DNA from: Corallochytrium limacisporum Hawaii
Lineage: Eukaryota; Protista; Pluriformea
Length of the DNA stretch: 64,000 bases
Assembly: GCA_002811645.1 (NCBI GenBank)
Contig: PDIP01000011.1
Coordinates: 128,435-192,434, forward strand
Direction: 5' to 3'
Shown here: positions 22,335-33,645 of the stretch, piece by piece
Layout: each line of letters begins with the position of its first letter
How positions within the stretch are numbered: position 1 is the first letter of the stretch
The notes under the pieces: model-generated
What the model was told of the DNA's origin: nothing
The model's database searches: none
What the model saw: only the letters and a program-made list of their open reading frames with translations
Position numbers and translations under genes: made by a program

Positions 22335-23300
22335 TTAAAGACGTTCTCTTTCAGGGACATTTACGTACTCTACTGTGGACACCGCCGTGAGCTCGGAAGG
22401 AAGCCTCTGACCGATTGGGGCGGACACCTGACTGACTAAGTGCTTTGCATTGGCAGTGATGTCGCATTCTTCGCACTGCGTACTCCGGGCCATGGCTTCT
22501 ACTAACTGCTCTGGACACGGTCCTAACATCCGCACAGTCGCCAGAATGGAGGCACCTGCGATCATTGCTGTGGTCCACTGGCCGTAGCGACCTTCGACCA
22601 TGGCAATGTCCGTGAAGCTTTCAGCCAGGAAGAGGATGTCATTATTGGAAAGAGATCCTTTGCTGTTCAACCATGCCACTAGCTGACGCTCGTGACGACT
22701 GAACAAAACTCTGACCGCCTCGGCTGGAGTAGTCTTCCAGATATTCCACTGCAACAGCCCGAGAAATCTGAACTCGATCTTGGTAAACTCTTTGAAGCGC
22801 AGATCGTGTTCCTTACCGAGCTCCTTACGCAAACGGATACCGACACCGCTCTGTGTATGGTACTTCATGGTCACAGCCAGGGCGACAATGGTGGCTTGCT
22901 GCCAGTCTCTGTGCGCCAAGGTCACGGTCCTGGCGGATCCTCGGCAGGTTTGCCTGGCACACCACGCCCGTAGCCAGCAATTTAACAAGAGTACGGCATG
23001 TTGAGCTACGTCACGGACGTGCCAGCCCCTCATGGCACGAGTACGACGGTCATTCATGTGCGACGTCTGCAACATCCGCTCGTAGTAGTACTCAACAACG
23101 TCCGGCATGGCGACTGCGCCTGGGCAGGCAACGTCGAATGCGTCAGCAGATAACGCGTTGCTACGGAAGGCTTCATTGTCTTGATCATGAAATGGTACCA
23201 TGCACTGCCTCATATTGTATAACTGTTTGCTGGCAAGGGCACGCAGCATGACAGGTTCCGGTATATCGGCGGCCGGGAGCTTTCGTATCTTGCCGCTCAT
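22335..23300 (-). CDS. Divergent cyclin-fold protein
   Basis: ALAVTMKY...IEFRFLGLLQWNIWKTTP cyclin-box end; MIAGASILAT second box; ATG at 23300 (track start is TTG). Confidence 0.7.
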   Translation of the reverse strand: MSGKIRKLPAADIPEPVMLRALASKQLYNMRQCMVPFHDQDNEAFRSNALSADAFDVACPGAVAMPDVVEYYYERMLQTSHMNDRRTRAMRGWHVRDVAQHAVLLLNCWLRAWCARQTCRGSARTVTLAHRDWQQATIVALAVTMKYHTQSGVGIRLRKELGKEHDLRFKEFTKIEFRFLGLLQWNIWKTTPAEAVRVLFSRHERQLVAWLNSKGSLSNNDILFLAESFTDIAMVEGRYGQWTTAMIAGASILATVRMLGPCPEQLVEAMARSTQCEECDITANAKHLVSQVSAPIGQRLPSELTAVSTVEYVNVPERERL

Positions 23301-23726
23301 TGTGGCGGATCCGTTCTTGGCCAAGCTGATCTAGAATTCAGGATCACAAGCAAATGCCAAGGAAATACAAAATCACGCTCTTTGCTCGTTGGAGATTAAG
23401 TCTCGAAAGTGTGACCTGCACTCCACTGCTGTCCAAGTACCCTCAGGCATTGAGAGACCCGCCGCAGTGGGCGATCCGATAGGGGGTTTTTGGTGGAGTG
23501 TGAGACCCCCCCCCCCGGGGCCCGCCCTTAGACCTCGGGGCCTATTTTCTCCACTTTCAAATATTTCGCGCCGACCAGTGTCGAGAATGCTCGTCGGAAG
23601 CACCGAGTAGAAACACATATCCACATCATCACGATCACCACGGTTCGTTGGTGACATCCTATGAAGGTGGTACCGAGGAATAAAAGAACGGTCGAACTCA
23701 GCTTTAATGGAGTAGAGTAATTGGCT

Positions 23727-26387
23727 CTATTTCAATAGATCCCACGGATCGTCCTTCTGGCTCTTCTTGTGGCTGCTGAAGGCGGCATTCATTCCACTGC
23801 CGCTGCCAGTGTTGGACATGTTGGCCCAGGGGTTGTTGGGGGCTGTATTGGTGCCACCACCGCCTCCCATGGTATTCATATTCATGCCCATGGATGTATT
23901 GGGCATGGAGGAACCGCCCGTGTTGCCCCACGAATCCCACGCGGAGGGCTTCATGGGTTGTTGCTGTTGCCCGAAACCGCCTCCACTAGATGCCATCTGA
24001 GTCGGCTGCATAGGCTGTTGCATACCACCGCCACCCATCATGTTCATGGGCATTCCCTTGGATTGTTTCTGCTGGGCAGCCATCTGGTTCATGGTCATTG
24101 GTTTCTTCTGTTGCTGCTGTTGTTGCATGGGCTTCGGCGTAGGCTTGGGCGCCATGGAAGCGGCAGCCTGTTGCTTTGGTGTGTCATTGATACCAGCCCA
24201 GTCTTCGTCCTTGTTGCTCTCCCAACCGCCACTGCCGCCTGTAGCACTGGCTCCGCCATCCATGGCGCCAAACTTTCGAGCAAGCGCGTCGGCAATGGGA
24301 TCACTACTCGTTGCAGCTGCCGGGTTGCCGAAACCAAAGCTATTGCTACTGCCACCAGAACCTCGACTGCCGAGCTTCATGCCACCGGTGCCACCGGCGG
24401 GCTGGAGCGGCTGGTGCAAGGCGCCACGAGTGCCTGACTCTTTCTGCTGGCCAGACAAGAACACATCGTTAGAGGCCCCCCCGCCTGGAGCACTGCCGGT
24501 TGCGGTAGAAGCTGCAGCAGGCGCACCCGCTGGCTTATTGTCCGCCGGCTTCGCGCTCAATGGCTGATTCAGTTGCTGCTGGTTACTGTTATCCAGACCG
24601 GACCGCTCCAATACCGATTTCGGAATATACTTCTTCGCTCCATCCAGGTAGGAGCCGAACCAGCCACCGCTGCCAGCGGAGGCGTTGCTGGAGCCATGCA
24701 CGGAATTCGGCTGGGCCGGATCAACGCTGAGCGCTACCGTTCCGAGTGTCTTGGCCTGCTCCTCTGCGGCCTTCAAACCGTCCCGCATCAAGGCAAAGGC
24801 GAGATCACGCACATCCTTTGACGGATCTAGCAGGATCGGTGCCACTCCTGGGATGACACGAGTGACAAAGTCCTGGGTAGAGTAGAAATCAGTGCACTTT
24901 TGCAGTGCCTTTAGGGCAGCAACGCGAGCCGGGGGGAAAGTATCTTTCAGGGCACGCAGGAATGCAGCAATTAGAACCTTCTCACGCACATGAGCAGAGA
25001 GGGACGGCGCGATCTTGCTCAGGCAGACAGTGACGTTGGTACGGATGCCCGGTTCATTGTCAAGTTGAAGTTTGGCAAAGTAGCGCATGAGTTGCTGTGT
25101 GACGTTCTTTTCATTGAGCTTGGGAGCGAGCGGGATCATCGAGCGCAAAGTAGCTTCTCGCATGATCGGTGCAGTGTCATTGAACCCGTTGAGAATGGTT
25201 GGGAAGATGGTATCATTAACCAGCTTGTCCGGTAGGTGGTCCACATAGCTGGGTAAGTTGTTCAGCAGGTTCAAGCGCACCACACGCTCATTCTGCTGGA
25301 ACAGTTTCAGCAGGGATGGCAATATCCGTTTAGTGTATTCCTCCTCAGTCAGATCCTTACCGATAGACACGACCATGGGGAAAACAGCCATGGCGTCATC
25401 GCCGTACTCTGTGACCAGCAGAAGCTGGGGCAAAATTTTGTACTTGTTAAATTCCTTTGGGAAGGTGTCTAGCTTATTCTCCAGATCCCGGAAAAAGCGC
25501 AATTTTTCTGCATGATCCTTGACGGTCAGTTCCTCCAGGAACAGATTGGTGCGCACAAAGTCGTTCTGGAAGAAGCCACCGGGGCTAGTTTGCGACTGGA
25601 GTAGCTGGCGTGGGTCGGGTCGACTGTTCGGATTCGCACTGCACATTTCGATATACTTCGGCCTAAGCTGTTGTGTGATTCGTGAGGTGTCCCGCATACG
25701 ACGTGGGTCGTCCAGAATGCCGTTAAAACATTCCCACACCAAACATCCCAGGCCCCATATGTCGACGCCCCAGATGGGTGACTCAGTGCTGAGTCTACCT
25801 CCCGTCCTCTGCATTTCCGGAGGCAGGTAACGCTTGACTGTTTCCGGGTATTTGCTGAACAGTTCGTAGGCTACTGGGTCCGACGGGGACGTCACAAAGT
25901 CCATAGCTCCGACCTTCCAGTCTCCTCCCCGGTCGATGAAGACGCTGAAGTTGTTGATGCAACCGTGGATCAGGCCGGCTTCATGGTTCAGGAAGCTGAT
26001 AGCCCGAGTGATCTGGTAGAGGCCCCAAGTGAGACCGTCTGTGTTGGCCTGCACGTTTTCGAACTCTGCAGTCAACGGCCGCACCGGTTCTGTGGCAATG
26101 TAGATTAGTTTATCGGTCTCCTCGCCGTAGATAAGTTTCACGAAACCTGGATGACGCACCGTCTTTGACCGCTTCAATGCGTTCTGGGCCACTGGAATCT
26201 GCTCTGGGTATTCCTGCTTGTTGAAGATGAAGATGCTCAACGGTTCACTATTTGATTTGTCCCGACCATGGTGCAACTTCCAAATTGTCATCCGACCATA
26301 CTCTGGTACTTCTTCTTTAATCTCAAACGGCAGGCCAGAGGCTGCCGTGGCAATGTAGTTTGCTACTTTTCCAAAGAAGCTGCTCAT
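23727..26387 (-). CDS. SCYL1: SCY1-like pseudokinase with HEAT repeats (SCYL1/Cex1)
   Basis: KRSKTVRHP, IATEPVRPL, WGLYQI, HEAT region (EPGIRTNVTVCL, DTFPPARVA), disordered tail. Confidence 0.92.
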   Translation of the reverse strand: MSSFFGKVANYIATAASGLPFEIKEEVPEYGRMTIWKLHHGRDKSNSEPLSIFIFNKQEYPEQIPVAQNALKRSKTVRHPGFVKLIYGEETDKLIYIATEPVRPLTAEFENVQANTDGLTWGLYQITRAISFLNHEAGLIHGCINNFSVFIDRGGDWKVGAMDFVTSPSDPVAYELFSKYPETVKRYLPPEMQRTGGRLSTESPIWGVDIWGLGCLVWECFNGILDDPRRMRDTSRITQQLRPKYIEMCSANPNSRPDPRQLLQSQTSPGGFFQNDFVRTNLFLEELTVKDHAEKLRFFRDLENKLDTFPKEFNKYKILPQLLLVTEYGDDAMAVFPMVVSIGKDLTEEEYTKRILPSLLKLFQQNERVVRLNLLNNLPSYVDHLPDKLVNDTIFPTILNGFNDTAPIMREATLRSMIPLAPKLNEKNVTQQLMRYFAKLQLDNEPGIRTNVTVCLSKIAPSLSAHVREKVLIAAFLRALKDTFPPARVAALKALQKCTDFYSTQDFVTRVIPGVAPILLDPSKDVRDLAFALMRDGLKAAEEQAKTLGTVALSVDPAQPNSVHGSSNASAGSGGWFGSYLDGAKKYIPKSVLERSGLDNSNQQQLNQPLSAKPADNKPAGAPAAASTATGSAPGGGASNDVFLSGQQKESGTRGALHQPLQPAGGTGGMKLGSRGSGGSSNSFGFGNPAAATSSDPIADALARKFGAMDGGASATGGSGGWESNKDEDWAGINDTPKQQAAASMAPKPTPKPMQQQQQQKKPMTMNQMAAQQKQSKGMPMNMMGGGGMQQPMQPTQMASSGGGFGQQQQPMKPSAWDSWGNTGGSSMPNTSMGMNMNTMGGGGGTNTAPNNPWANMSNTGSGSGMNAAFSSHKKSQKDDPWDLLK

Positions 26388-28085
26388 GGTGCCCTAATTG
26401 ATCTTCGTGTTCTTCTTTAACTTTCGTTTTACTCTGTTCGCTCCGAGTATTTCTCGTGTGACTATTCACCAGACCATAGTGACAATATGTCTCAATACAT
26501 AACCGGTATGATCTAAACCAAAGCAAGTTCTTGCAAGCAAAGAATAAGGAAGAAATGTCTTCTGATTAGCAAGCCATCCGGAAGAAAGTACCTTCGCTCG
26601 CGGCCAAAGAGGCATAAGGCTTGTCACCTCATGTCCTCGTTTCCTGGTCTAATTGTTTTGCCCTCAAGCAAGCGCCCCACTCCCTCACTTTCACTTCCGC
26701 CTGTTGGTTGCCCTACCTCCTGGCCAGACTGAGACCCGCCCCGCCTAAAATCAATTCCAAGCTAGTTCGAAAGGGGGGTGAGCCAAGACCCAGGGGCCGG
26801 GGCGGGGGGAGACAGCCAGCCAGAAGAGAGGGCGCGCGGCGCGAAGGGGGGCTCACTTCCCTGCCCTCTTCCCCTCCCCTCCCAAAAAGAAATTCATTTC
26901 CTTCAACAGCCATAATCGGGAGTCTATTTTACGGACTCCCGCCCCGACGCCCCCCCCCCTGGGGGGGGGAACAGAGCGGTCTCCCCTCCAACCCCCCAAC
27001 CCCCAAGCGCCCTTGTTTCAAAGACGACCCCACGCAAACACAGAAAATACTCACAAAGCAACCGGGACAACCGAAATTTCCTTCGAGAGCAAGGGGGGGT
27101 TCGGGGGAACGGAGAAAGTGGAGCAGCGGGAAGAGAGATTCGCGGGGGCGATCGGGAGGCGTCCCCGCGCTGTGGTCCAAAGGAAAAGCAAGGGACGGAT
27201 GTGGAATGGCCCGCTGTGGTGATGGGGTCGGGGCGGCAGTACTTTGGTCCCTGTTTCCCCCCCACCTCCTCCCCTCCTCCCCCTTACTCTCAGAGTTCAG
27301 GTTCGAGATTTTCACAGGAGTCTATTTATTAACGGTCTAGTGAACCTACCAACAAGGTTCAGGAAAGGCAACCCACCCTTCCAGAAAGGCTAGACCGGGA
27401 GCCGCTCCAGCGGTTGCGGAAGGTCCATCGCGTTAGGTAACCGCACAGGGTGTTGGTGCCAGAGCTGCAAACTGAGCAAAATTAGAAAAAGAGGACTAAT
27501 CGCTGCTCACCACAAACAAAGAAAAAGCATATGAAAAAAGCAAACAGAGAAGGGGGATAGGGAGGGGGGGGGGGGGGAGAGCCTCGAACAGCAGCAAAAG
27601 GGGAAATAGCACGGCTTAAATCGACACCTCACTTTGGAGTCGGGTTGACCAACGACCTCCCCTTATAGCCTTGGCAATGGTGAATTCAGACGAAGCCTTG
27701 GAACAGAGCTTTGAAATTTTTTTTCTGGCCCCCTTGTTTCAAAGACGTGCGCCGGGGTATTATGGTTTCGTGGGCATCTCGTGCCCTTGTCCTTGCCTGC
27801 CTTGCTTCTGTTCTTGTGAGTTTTTATTGGTTTTTGGAGCCTTATCTGCGCATGTTCATCGTGCCACGTATCTGTTTCTGACTGGGCAGTGGCCGTGTGC
27901 GGCTGGTATTCATGGTTCGTCACCTTTGCTATGGGTACTTCAGCTCGTCGTCACTGAGACTGTCTCTCGCACCGTGGGCGATCAAAAGAGCACCAGAGGT
28001 CAAAAGATTGCACCCATGAAGGAATGAGACATATAAACGATGTAGAGAATTTAGAACATTGACACGATCAGGGTACATCAAAACA

Positions 28086-29927
28086 ATGTTTGCGTTGTAC
28101 GACATTTTATTCGGCTTGCCGGACGACAAGCTTCCGAAGAAACAGGTTGCAGAGAGCAACCCTGATGCCAACACATCAGTGGCCGCAGAGACAGATCAAA
28201 CGGTACCACAAGAGACTGTGGCAACCACCAAAAATGAAACACGTAAAGACGTGGCGGAGGACATAGAAATATCCGTCATTCCCAATGAAATCAGGGAACG
28301 GTTGGTCAGCGTGTCGGAGAAGGGAAGCGAGGGCTCGAACGAGCAAAAGGACCCGCCAAGGCAGGAGGACCCGCCAAGGCAGGAGGACCCATCACAGCAG
28401 GTATCCCCGCCACAGCCGGCACTCTCGGAAACGGATCTGAAGCAAAGTAAAGAACAAGGCCCAAGTCCCAAGGACATCAATGGACAGGAGGTCAATGTCC
28501 CCGGATGCACAATCGACCAGGTCTTCGCCTTCGCCGAATCAGTTCAACACAAATATTTTGAAACAGCACATAACGGGGACGTGTCCCATAAAGGGGACGT
28601 ATCCCATCACGGGGACGTGTCCCATAACAAGGACCTGTCCCGTGAGCAGGCCAGTTCAGAGTGGAATGATTTAACGACAACTATCACCCTGCATCCGTTA
28701 AGTTACGAACAACGGAATTATCTGTATGGACTACGTATGTATGTGCGCAGCGGACCCTGTCGACCCAAAGAGTTAGGCCTTCCGGACCTGGGCTGGTTCG
28801 ATTGGGTCGGAGCTGATCGCAGGGCCGCGTGGACCAGCCTAGGCGACAGTATGGACAAACCCACAGCGCAGGCAACATATGTGAACACTTTAAAAGGGTA
28901 CTTGCAGAGCGCAATTCCGGAGGACGAGCAAGGGTTGCGTATTTGGCAGGAAGAACTCGATCACAACCTACGTGGGATCAAGGGCGCGTTGGTCGAGGAG
29001 CTGCCACGGAGTGCGATCGAGGAGAGTCGGAAGAGGCAAATGGAACAGGACGTGCTGAAAGCTGAGCAAGAGGTCAAGGCACACATCAGCGCCAGCGCAG
29101 AAGGAGCTAGCGCAGTGACGGCGAATGTCCATAGAACTCCGTCATCAACGCCAACCCAAGGCACGCCCGTCCGGCCTGCCACAGTGACGGATGCTGACAC
29201 AGCTGGAAAAGATAAGCAGAAAGATGATCGTGCCTCAGAAAAGACGGACGAGGGTGGCAAGGGACGGACACCTAAGTCAACTACAAAGGGCCACTCTAGG
29301 CGTGGATCGCACTTCCTCAAGGCCTGGATCGAGCGTGTCAAGGCCGAAGACACCACTCTTAGAGTCGAGCCGGGAGAGATTGTGGTAATTCGCGTCCCAG
29401 TGGAGTCGGAGACGTTGGAATCGGCGATCTCATCCCCGACAAGGGAATCCGTGTCCAGCAGTTCCAGCAACAGTCCGTGTGCAGTGATTGGCAGTAAGGG
29501 TAGTACCCTGCACTGGGAATTCTGCACCGAGGACTACGATATTTCCTTTGGCGTAACCTATGAGTACATGAAGTCGCCGCGCCAGACGGAGTCCGTGACT
29601 CCGAGGACAACGACGATAACGAAGGCAGACGCGCCATCGACTCTTGCACCGCCCCAAGCAGTTTCTGCAAATGCATCGGACATTTCCGAAGAGCTGTCCT
29701 ATTCGGGGAGTTCGGTTGACCTCTTGGACGAAGCTGAAAACCTCTGTGATCCGGCAAAGGAGACCGTGGAGGTCGTGCCCTTGCAGAGGGTCGCAGCGCA
29801 TACAAAGGTAATCGCTGGCAAGTTCCACGCGCGTCATCCTGGTGAGCTTGTGGTTAAGTTTGACAACAGTTACTCATATGTCAGGTCGAAGACAGTGATT
29901 TTCAAGATCTGGGCTAAGCAACAGTAG
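28086..29927 (+). CDS. ACBD3: ACBD3/GCP60-like Golgi protein (acyl-CoA-binding + GOLD domains)
   Basis: GWFDWVGADRRAAWTSLG ACB motif; LHWEFCTEDYDISFGV and KFDNSYSYVRSK GOLD motifs; ATG at 28086. Confidence 0.85.
   Translation: MFALYDILFGLPDDKLPKKQVAESNPDANTSVAAETDQTVPQETVATTKNETRKDVAEDIEISVIPNEIRERLVSVSEKGSEGSNEQKDPPRQEDPPRQEDPSQQVSPPQPALSETDLKQSKEQGPSPKDINGQEVNVPGCTIDQVFAFAESVQHKYFETAHNGDVSHKGDVSHHGDVSHNKDLSREQASSEWNDLTTTITLHPLSYEQRNYLYGLRMYVRSGPCRPKELGLPDLGWFDWVGADRRAAWTSLGDSMDKPTAQATYVNTLKGYLQSAIPEDEQGLRIWQEELDHNLRGIKGALVEELPRSAIEESRKRQMEQDVLKAEQEVKAHISASAEGASAVTANVHRTPSSTPTQGTPVRPATVTDADTAGKDKQKDDRASEKTDEGGKGRTPKSTTKGHSRRGSHFLKAWIERVKAEDTTLRVEPGEIVVIRVPVESETLESAISSPTRESVSSSSSNSPCAVIGSKGSTLHWEFCTEDYDISFGVTYEYMKSPRQTESVTPRTTTITKADAPSTLAPPQAVSANASDISEELSYSGSSVDLLDEAENLCDPAKETVEVVPLQRVAAHTKVIAGKFHARHPGELVVKFDNSYSYVRSKTVIFKIWAKQQ
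28343..28396 (+). repeat. 3 x 18-nt coding repeat (QxDPPR-like)
   Basis: gcaaaaggacccgccaag / gcaggaggacccgccaag / gcaggaggacccatcaca. Confidence 0.85.
28569..28640 (+). repeat. 4 x 18-nt coding repeat (HxGDVS) inserted in the ACB domain
   Basis: cataacggggacgtgtcc-like units. Confidence 0.85.
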
Positions 29928-30243
29928 AGATTGTGGTACCGAACAAATAGAGCACTAGTCAACGTCTATAGCTACATATGCATGTCAACCTGACCTGTAA
30001 TGACATTGGCCGCGTGTGGTCTTGTACTGCCGATCCCGCCAGCAAAGGTGTATGATGATCACGATCCGACCCTAAATTATGTAAAAGACACAAAGAAAGG
30101 ATATACCGCCACAGAAAACATAGTTCAAGAGCTGTGTTGTAGTTCATATGCGTAAAACAGGTGTTTCTGGGTTCGTTTGTTTTGGGATCCCAGTCTTCGA
30201 TTGAATCATGGCCATATGGCCAAGTTTGGCTCCAAATTACAAA

Positions 30244-31545
30244 TTACTTGCTGGGATGACGGAAGTTCTCACCAGCGTACTCAGCGTTTGCGCCCATCTC
30301 TTCGCTGATGCGCAGAAGCTGATTGTACTTGGCCACACGTTCTGAACGGCAAGGGGCACCGGTCTTGATCTGACCAGTTCCCAGTCCGACGACGAGATCA
30401 GCAATGAATGTGTCCTCAGTCTCACCGGAACGATGGCTCACCATTACTCCCCAGCCAGCGTTGAAGGACATTTGAGCGGCCTTGATGGATTCGGTCACAG
30501 TTCCGATCTGGTTGACCTTCAGGAGCAAGGCAGAGGCAGCCTTGGTGTCAATGGCCTTCTGCACGCGTTCTGGGTTTGTAACAGTCAAGTCATCACCCAC
30601 AACCTGGATGCTGTCTACAGCAGCAACGAGCTTCTTCCAGGTCTCCCAGTCGTCCTGGTCGAAAGGATCTTCGATCGACACGATAGGGTACTTAGTGGCC
30701 AGTCCCTTGAAGACCTCGACCATCTGGTCCCCATCATGCACATTGGCGGGGTCCTTGTTTGGGTTCTTGAAGTCCAGGTCGTACTTACCGTCCTTGTAAA
30801 ATTCGGAAGCGGCCGGGTCCATGGCCAGCTTGATCTTTCCAGCATAGCCCGCCTGGGCGATGGCTTCAGTGAGCACATCCAGAGCTTCGTCAGCACTGGT
30901 GCAAGGAGGAGCAAAGCCACCCTCGTCACCGATCAGAGTAGCGTCCTGACCGTACTTCTTCTTGACAATCTGCTTCAGGTTGTGGTAGGTCTCAGTACCC
31001 ATCTTCATGGCTTCCTCGAAGTTGGCCGCTCCGGTGGGCATGATCATGAACTCCTGCATGGCCAGCAGGTTGCCAGCGTGCTCACCACCGTTGATCACAT
31101 TGAAGGAAGGCACGGGCAGGCGGGGCTTGGTACCAGCGAGCTGGGCAATGTGCAAGTACAGAGGTACACCCTTGGCAGCGGCACCAGCCTTGCAAACTGC
31201 CATGGAGACACCGAGGATCGCGTTGGCACCAAGAGTGCTCTTGTTCGGAGTTCCGTCAAGGTCGATCATGAGTTGATCAATCTCGTTCTGCTGGCTGGCT
31301 TCCAGACCGGAGGAGACCAGCTTGGGGGCGATCTTGTCGTTAACATTGGCGCTGGCGTTGGACACACCCTTGCCCATGTAGGCATCACCACCATCACGCA
31401 TCTCCAGGGCCTCGTGAACACCGGTGGAAGCACCGCTTGGGACTGCAGCGCGGAACAGACCCTTGTCAGTAGTCAGGTCGACCTCCACAGTGGGGTTACC
31501 GCGTGAGTCGAACACCTGACGAGCCTTAAGTGCGAGAATGGGCAT
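30244..31545 (-). CDS. ENO: Enolase
   Basis: [44 protein letters not shown]; start MPILALK at 31545. Confidence 0.98.
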   Translation of the reverse strand: MPILALKARQVFDSRGNPTVEVDLTTDKGLFRAAVPSGASTGVHEALEMRDGGDAYMGKGVSNASANVNDKIAPKLVSSGLEASQQNEIDQLMIDLDGTPNKSTLGANAILGVSMAVCKAGAAAKGVPLYLHIAQLAGTKPRLPVPSFNVINGGEHAGNLLAMQEFMIMPTGAANFEEAMKMGTETYHNLKQIVKKKYGQDATLIGDEGGFAPPCTSADEALDVLTEAIAQAGYAGKIKLAMDPAASEFYKDGKYDLDFKNPNKDPANVHDGDQMVEVFKGLATKYPIVSIEDPFDQDDWETWKKLVAAVDSIQVVGDDLTVTNPERVQKAIDTKAASALLLKVNQIGTVTESIKAAQMSFNAGWGVMVSHRSGETEDTFIADLVVGLGTGQIKTGAPCRSERVAKYNQLLRISEEMGANAEYAGENFRHPSK

Positions 31546-33645
31546 CTTTGTTTTAGTTTGTTGCAAAGTTCTGGTTACCGATTGGTGAAAACAACCTTGG
31601 GCCATCAACTCATACCGAACCGCTTGTTGAACCATCTCCTTTAAGTAGTCCCCGCATCATCGGCGGTCACAACAGCCGCAGTCGCGCAGGTGCAACAGTA
31701 CGAATCTGACCGCACAAGGAGCATGACGGATTTGCTCAACAACACCCACCCAAACACATCTCCCCACAGCAAACATACTGCACTAGCCAGAAGTAACCGG
31801 AGTTATGGCTGCGTGTGCACTACACAGACACCAATTTGAGCCAGCCACACAGAAAGTCCTTAACACTCGCTCCCTCTATTCATCAGCTGTTGCCCATCAC
31901 CGATTCGGCGAGCGGCACATCCAGTGTACGCTGAGAAGTCATTGACAAGCCGGTGTAACATGCTTGGGATATGAAGTTGAAAACTCCCCTTGGTAACTTC
32001 CAATAGTGATGGGTAAAGATGACACCCATTCAACAGAAAGGTACCCTTTACTTCTTGCGGATGAATCAGCACAGATAGACACACTGCCGCACGGCCGTTG
32101 AGTCAGTCAGCACTTCGGATGGGTATTGGCAATGAAAACACAACACAGGGACAGTGATCATTCACAGCCATCATCATCATCCCTCCAGAAGCAAGGAAAA
32201 TGCCGGCCCCACCGTGAGCCGACTTTTTTTGGTGTTGAAACAAGCGCAGTGATTTGTCCGAGGATTCCACCATCATGGCCCTTTTCTCTGTTGTCCCAAT
32301 TCAACCAATGGTTGAGCCATCGGATAGCAGAGCATCACCATCATCATTTGTCAGTTCATCTCCAATTTCATTATAGCAGCACACACACAACAGACACACA
32401 AAAAAAGCAGAGAGTAAGCAGCAGGACGACACAGAGACGACGACTTCGGAACACCGAGCAAAGCACAGATACCAAAAGCGCGACACTCCACAGCCAACGC
32501 ACACCCCCCTCCCAGCGATAGCCAACTTTGGCCGCCCCACGCAGTAACCCTGTGCCGGCGTGACATCACAGGGTCCCTCTCCCAATTCTCTACCCCAAAT
32601 TTTCCACTGCGCACTGTGGTACATTCGCTATGGCCCCCGTTTTTTTGCATGAAGCCCTCCCCCCTCCCCCCGTCGGGGCCATTGGAAACGGAAACCGGGC
32701 CCATGTTTAGAAGAGAACCGAAAGCAAAAGGCCAAAGAAAACGGTGGAGGGAAATCCAGGGCCAGTGGTGACTCACTGAATGGTGTGGTGGTACACGCGT
32801 CGATGTCATTGCAATTGGGTATACGAATTATATTGCTAAATTCCAATGAAATTGATAAACAACCAAACATTGGCCGCCAGTGCGGCGCTTTGCTCCGAAA
32901 TATAAATTTTTTCGGGGCTTTCCGTGGGTATGGGCTCCCGTGTTCCGCATTCCAAGCCAGCCCCAAGCAAAAGGGAAAACAAATGAAATATTGTAAACGA
33001 TTCAAATATTTCTTGGTGCTCATAACGGTCGTGTACCCTCAATTGGGGACAATCATAACGAATATTAAGTGAGTTATAGGTCCCTGCAATGCACATATTT
33101 TATATATGTGAATGATTGATTGTTTTTGATTCATATTCGTGCCAGGTCCCAGGCAATTACCTTCCTTTCCGGGGAGGTCCTGGAAACGTGGGTAGAGAGG
33201 GGGCCAAGTGGGGGAGTGGTCCGGGGACTTTTTCTCGCCTCACAGAAACTGAAACCAGGACGGAGAAGAAAAAGTGGGAGATTTCTGTCCGTACAATGGG
33301 CAAAGAAAACGCAGGAGTACGACAATCTTCGCGTCATATTTAGGCTGCAACTGGTCCTTTCGCACTGGAGCTGCAAAAACCAAACCCTGATTCGATGGGT
33401 CCCTCATCAGCACGCGCCTTTGAAATAGCTGATCGACTTCTTGGTGCATTGATCAACTGTTGCTTCGGAAATGGTATCATCGGCCGTATCCTCTTTCTCC
33501 ATCACCATCTTCGTTAGACAGGTGCATTTTGGAAGTACAAGAGGGTTTTTGGATGGTTTGGCTCCGCCTTTCATTCCTTCTGAAGAAAATAAGAAGACAA
33601 AACCCGGGAGGAGGGGACTATATTGATTGAATTTTTTCTACCTGT

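Noticed and set aside
30433-31506. Long antisense ORFs over enolase, trpE, ODC and other genes
   Set aside because: Shadow ORFs from codon bias of highly expressed genes
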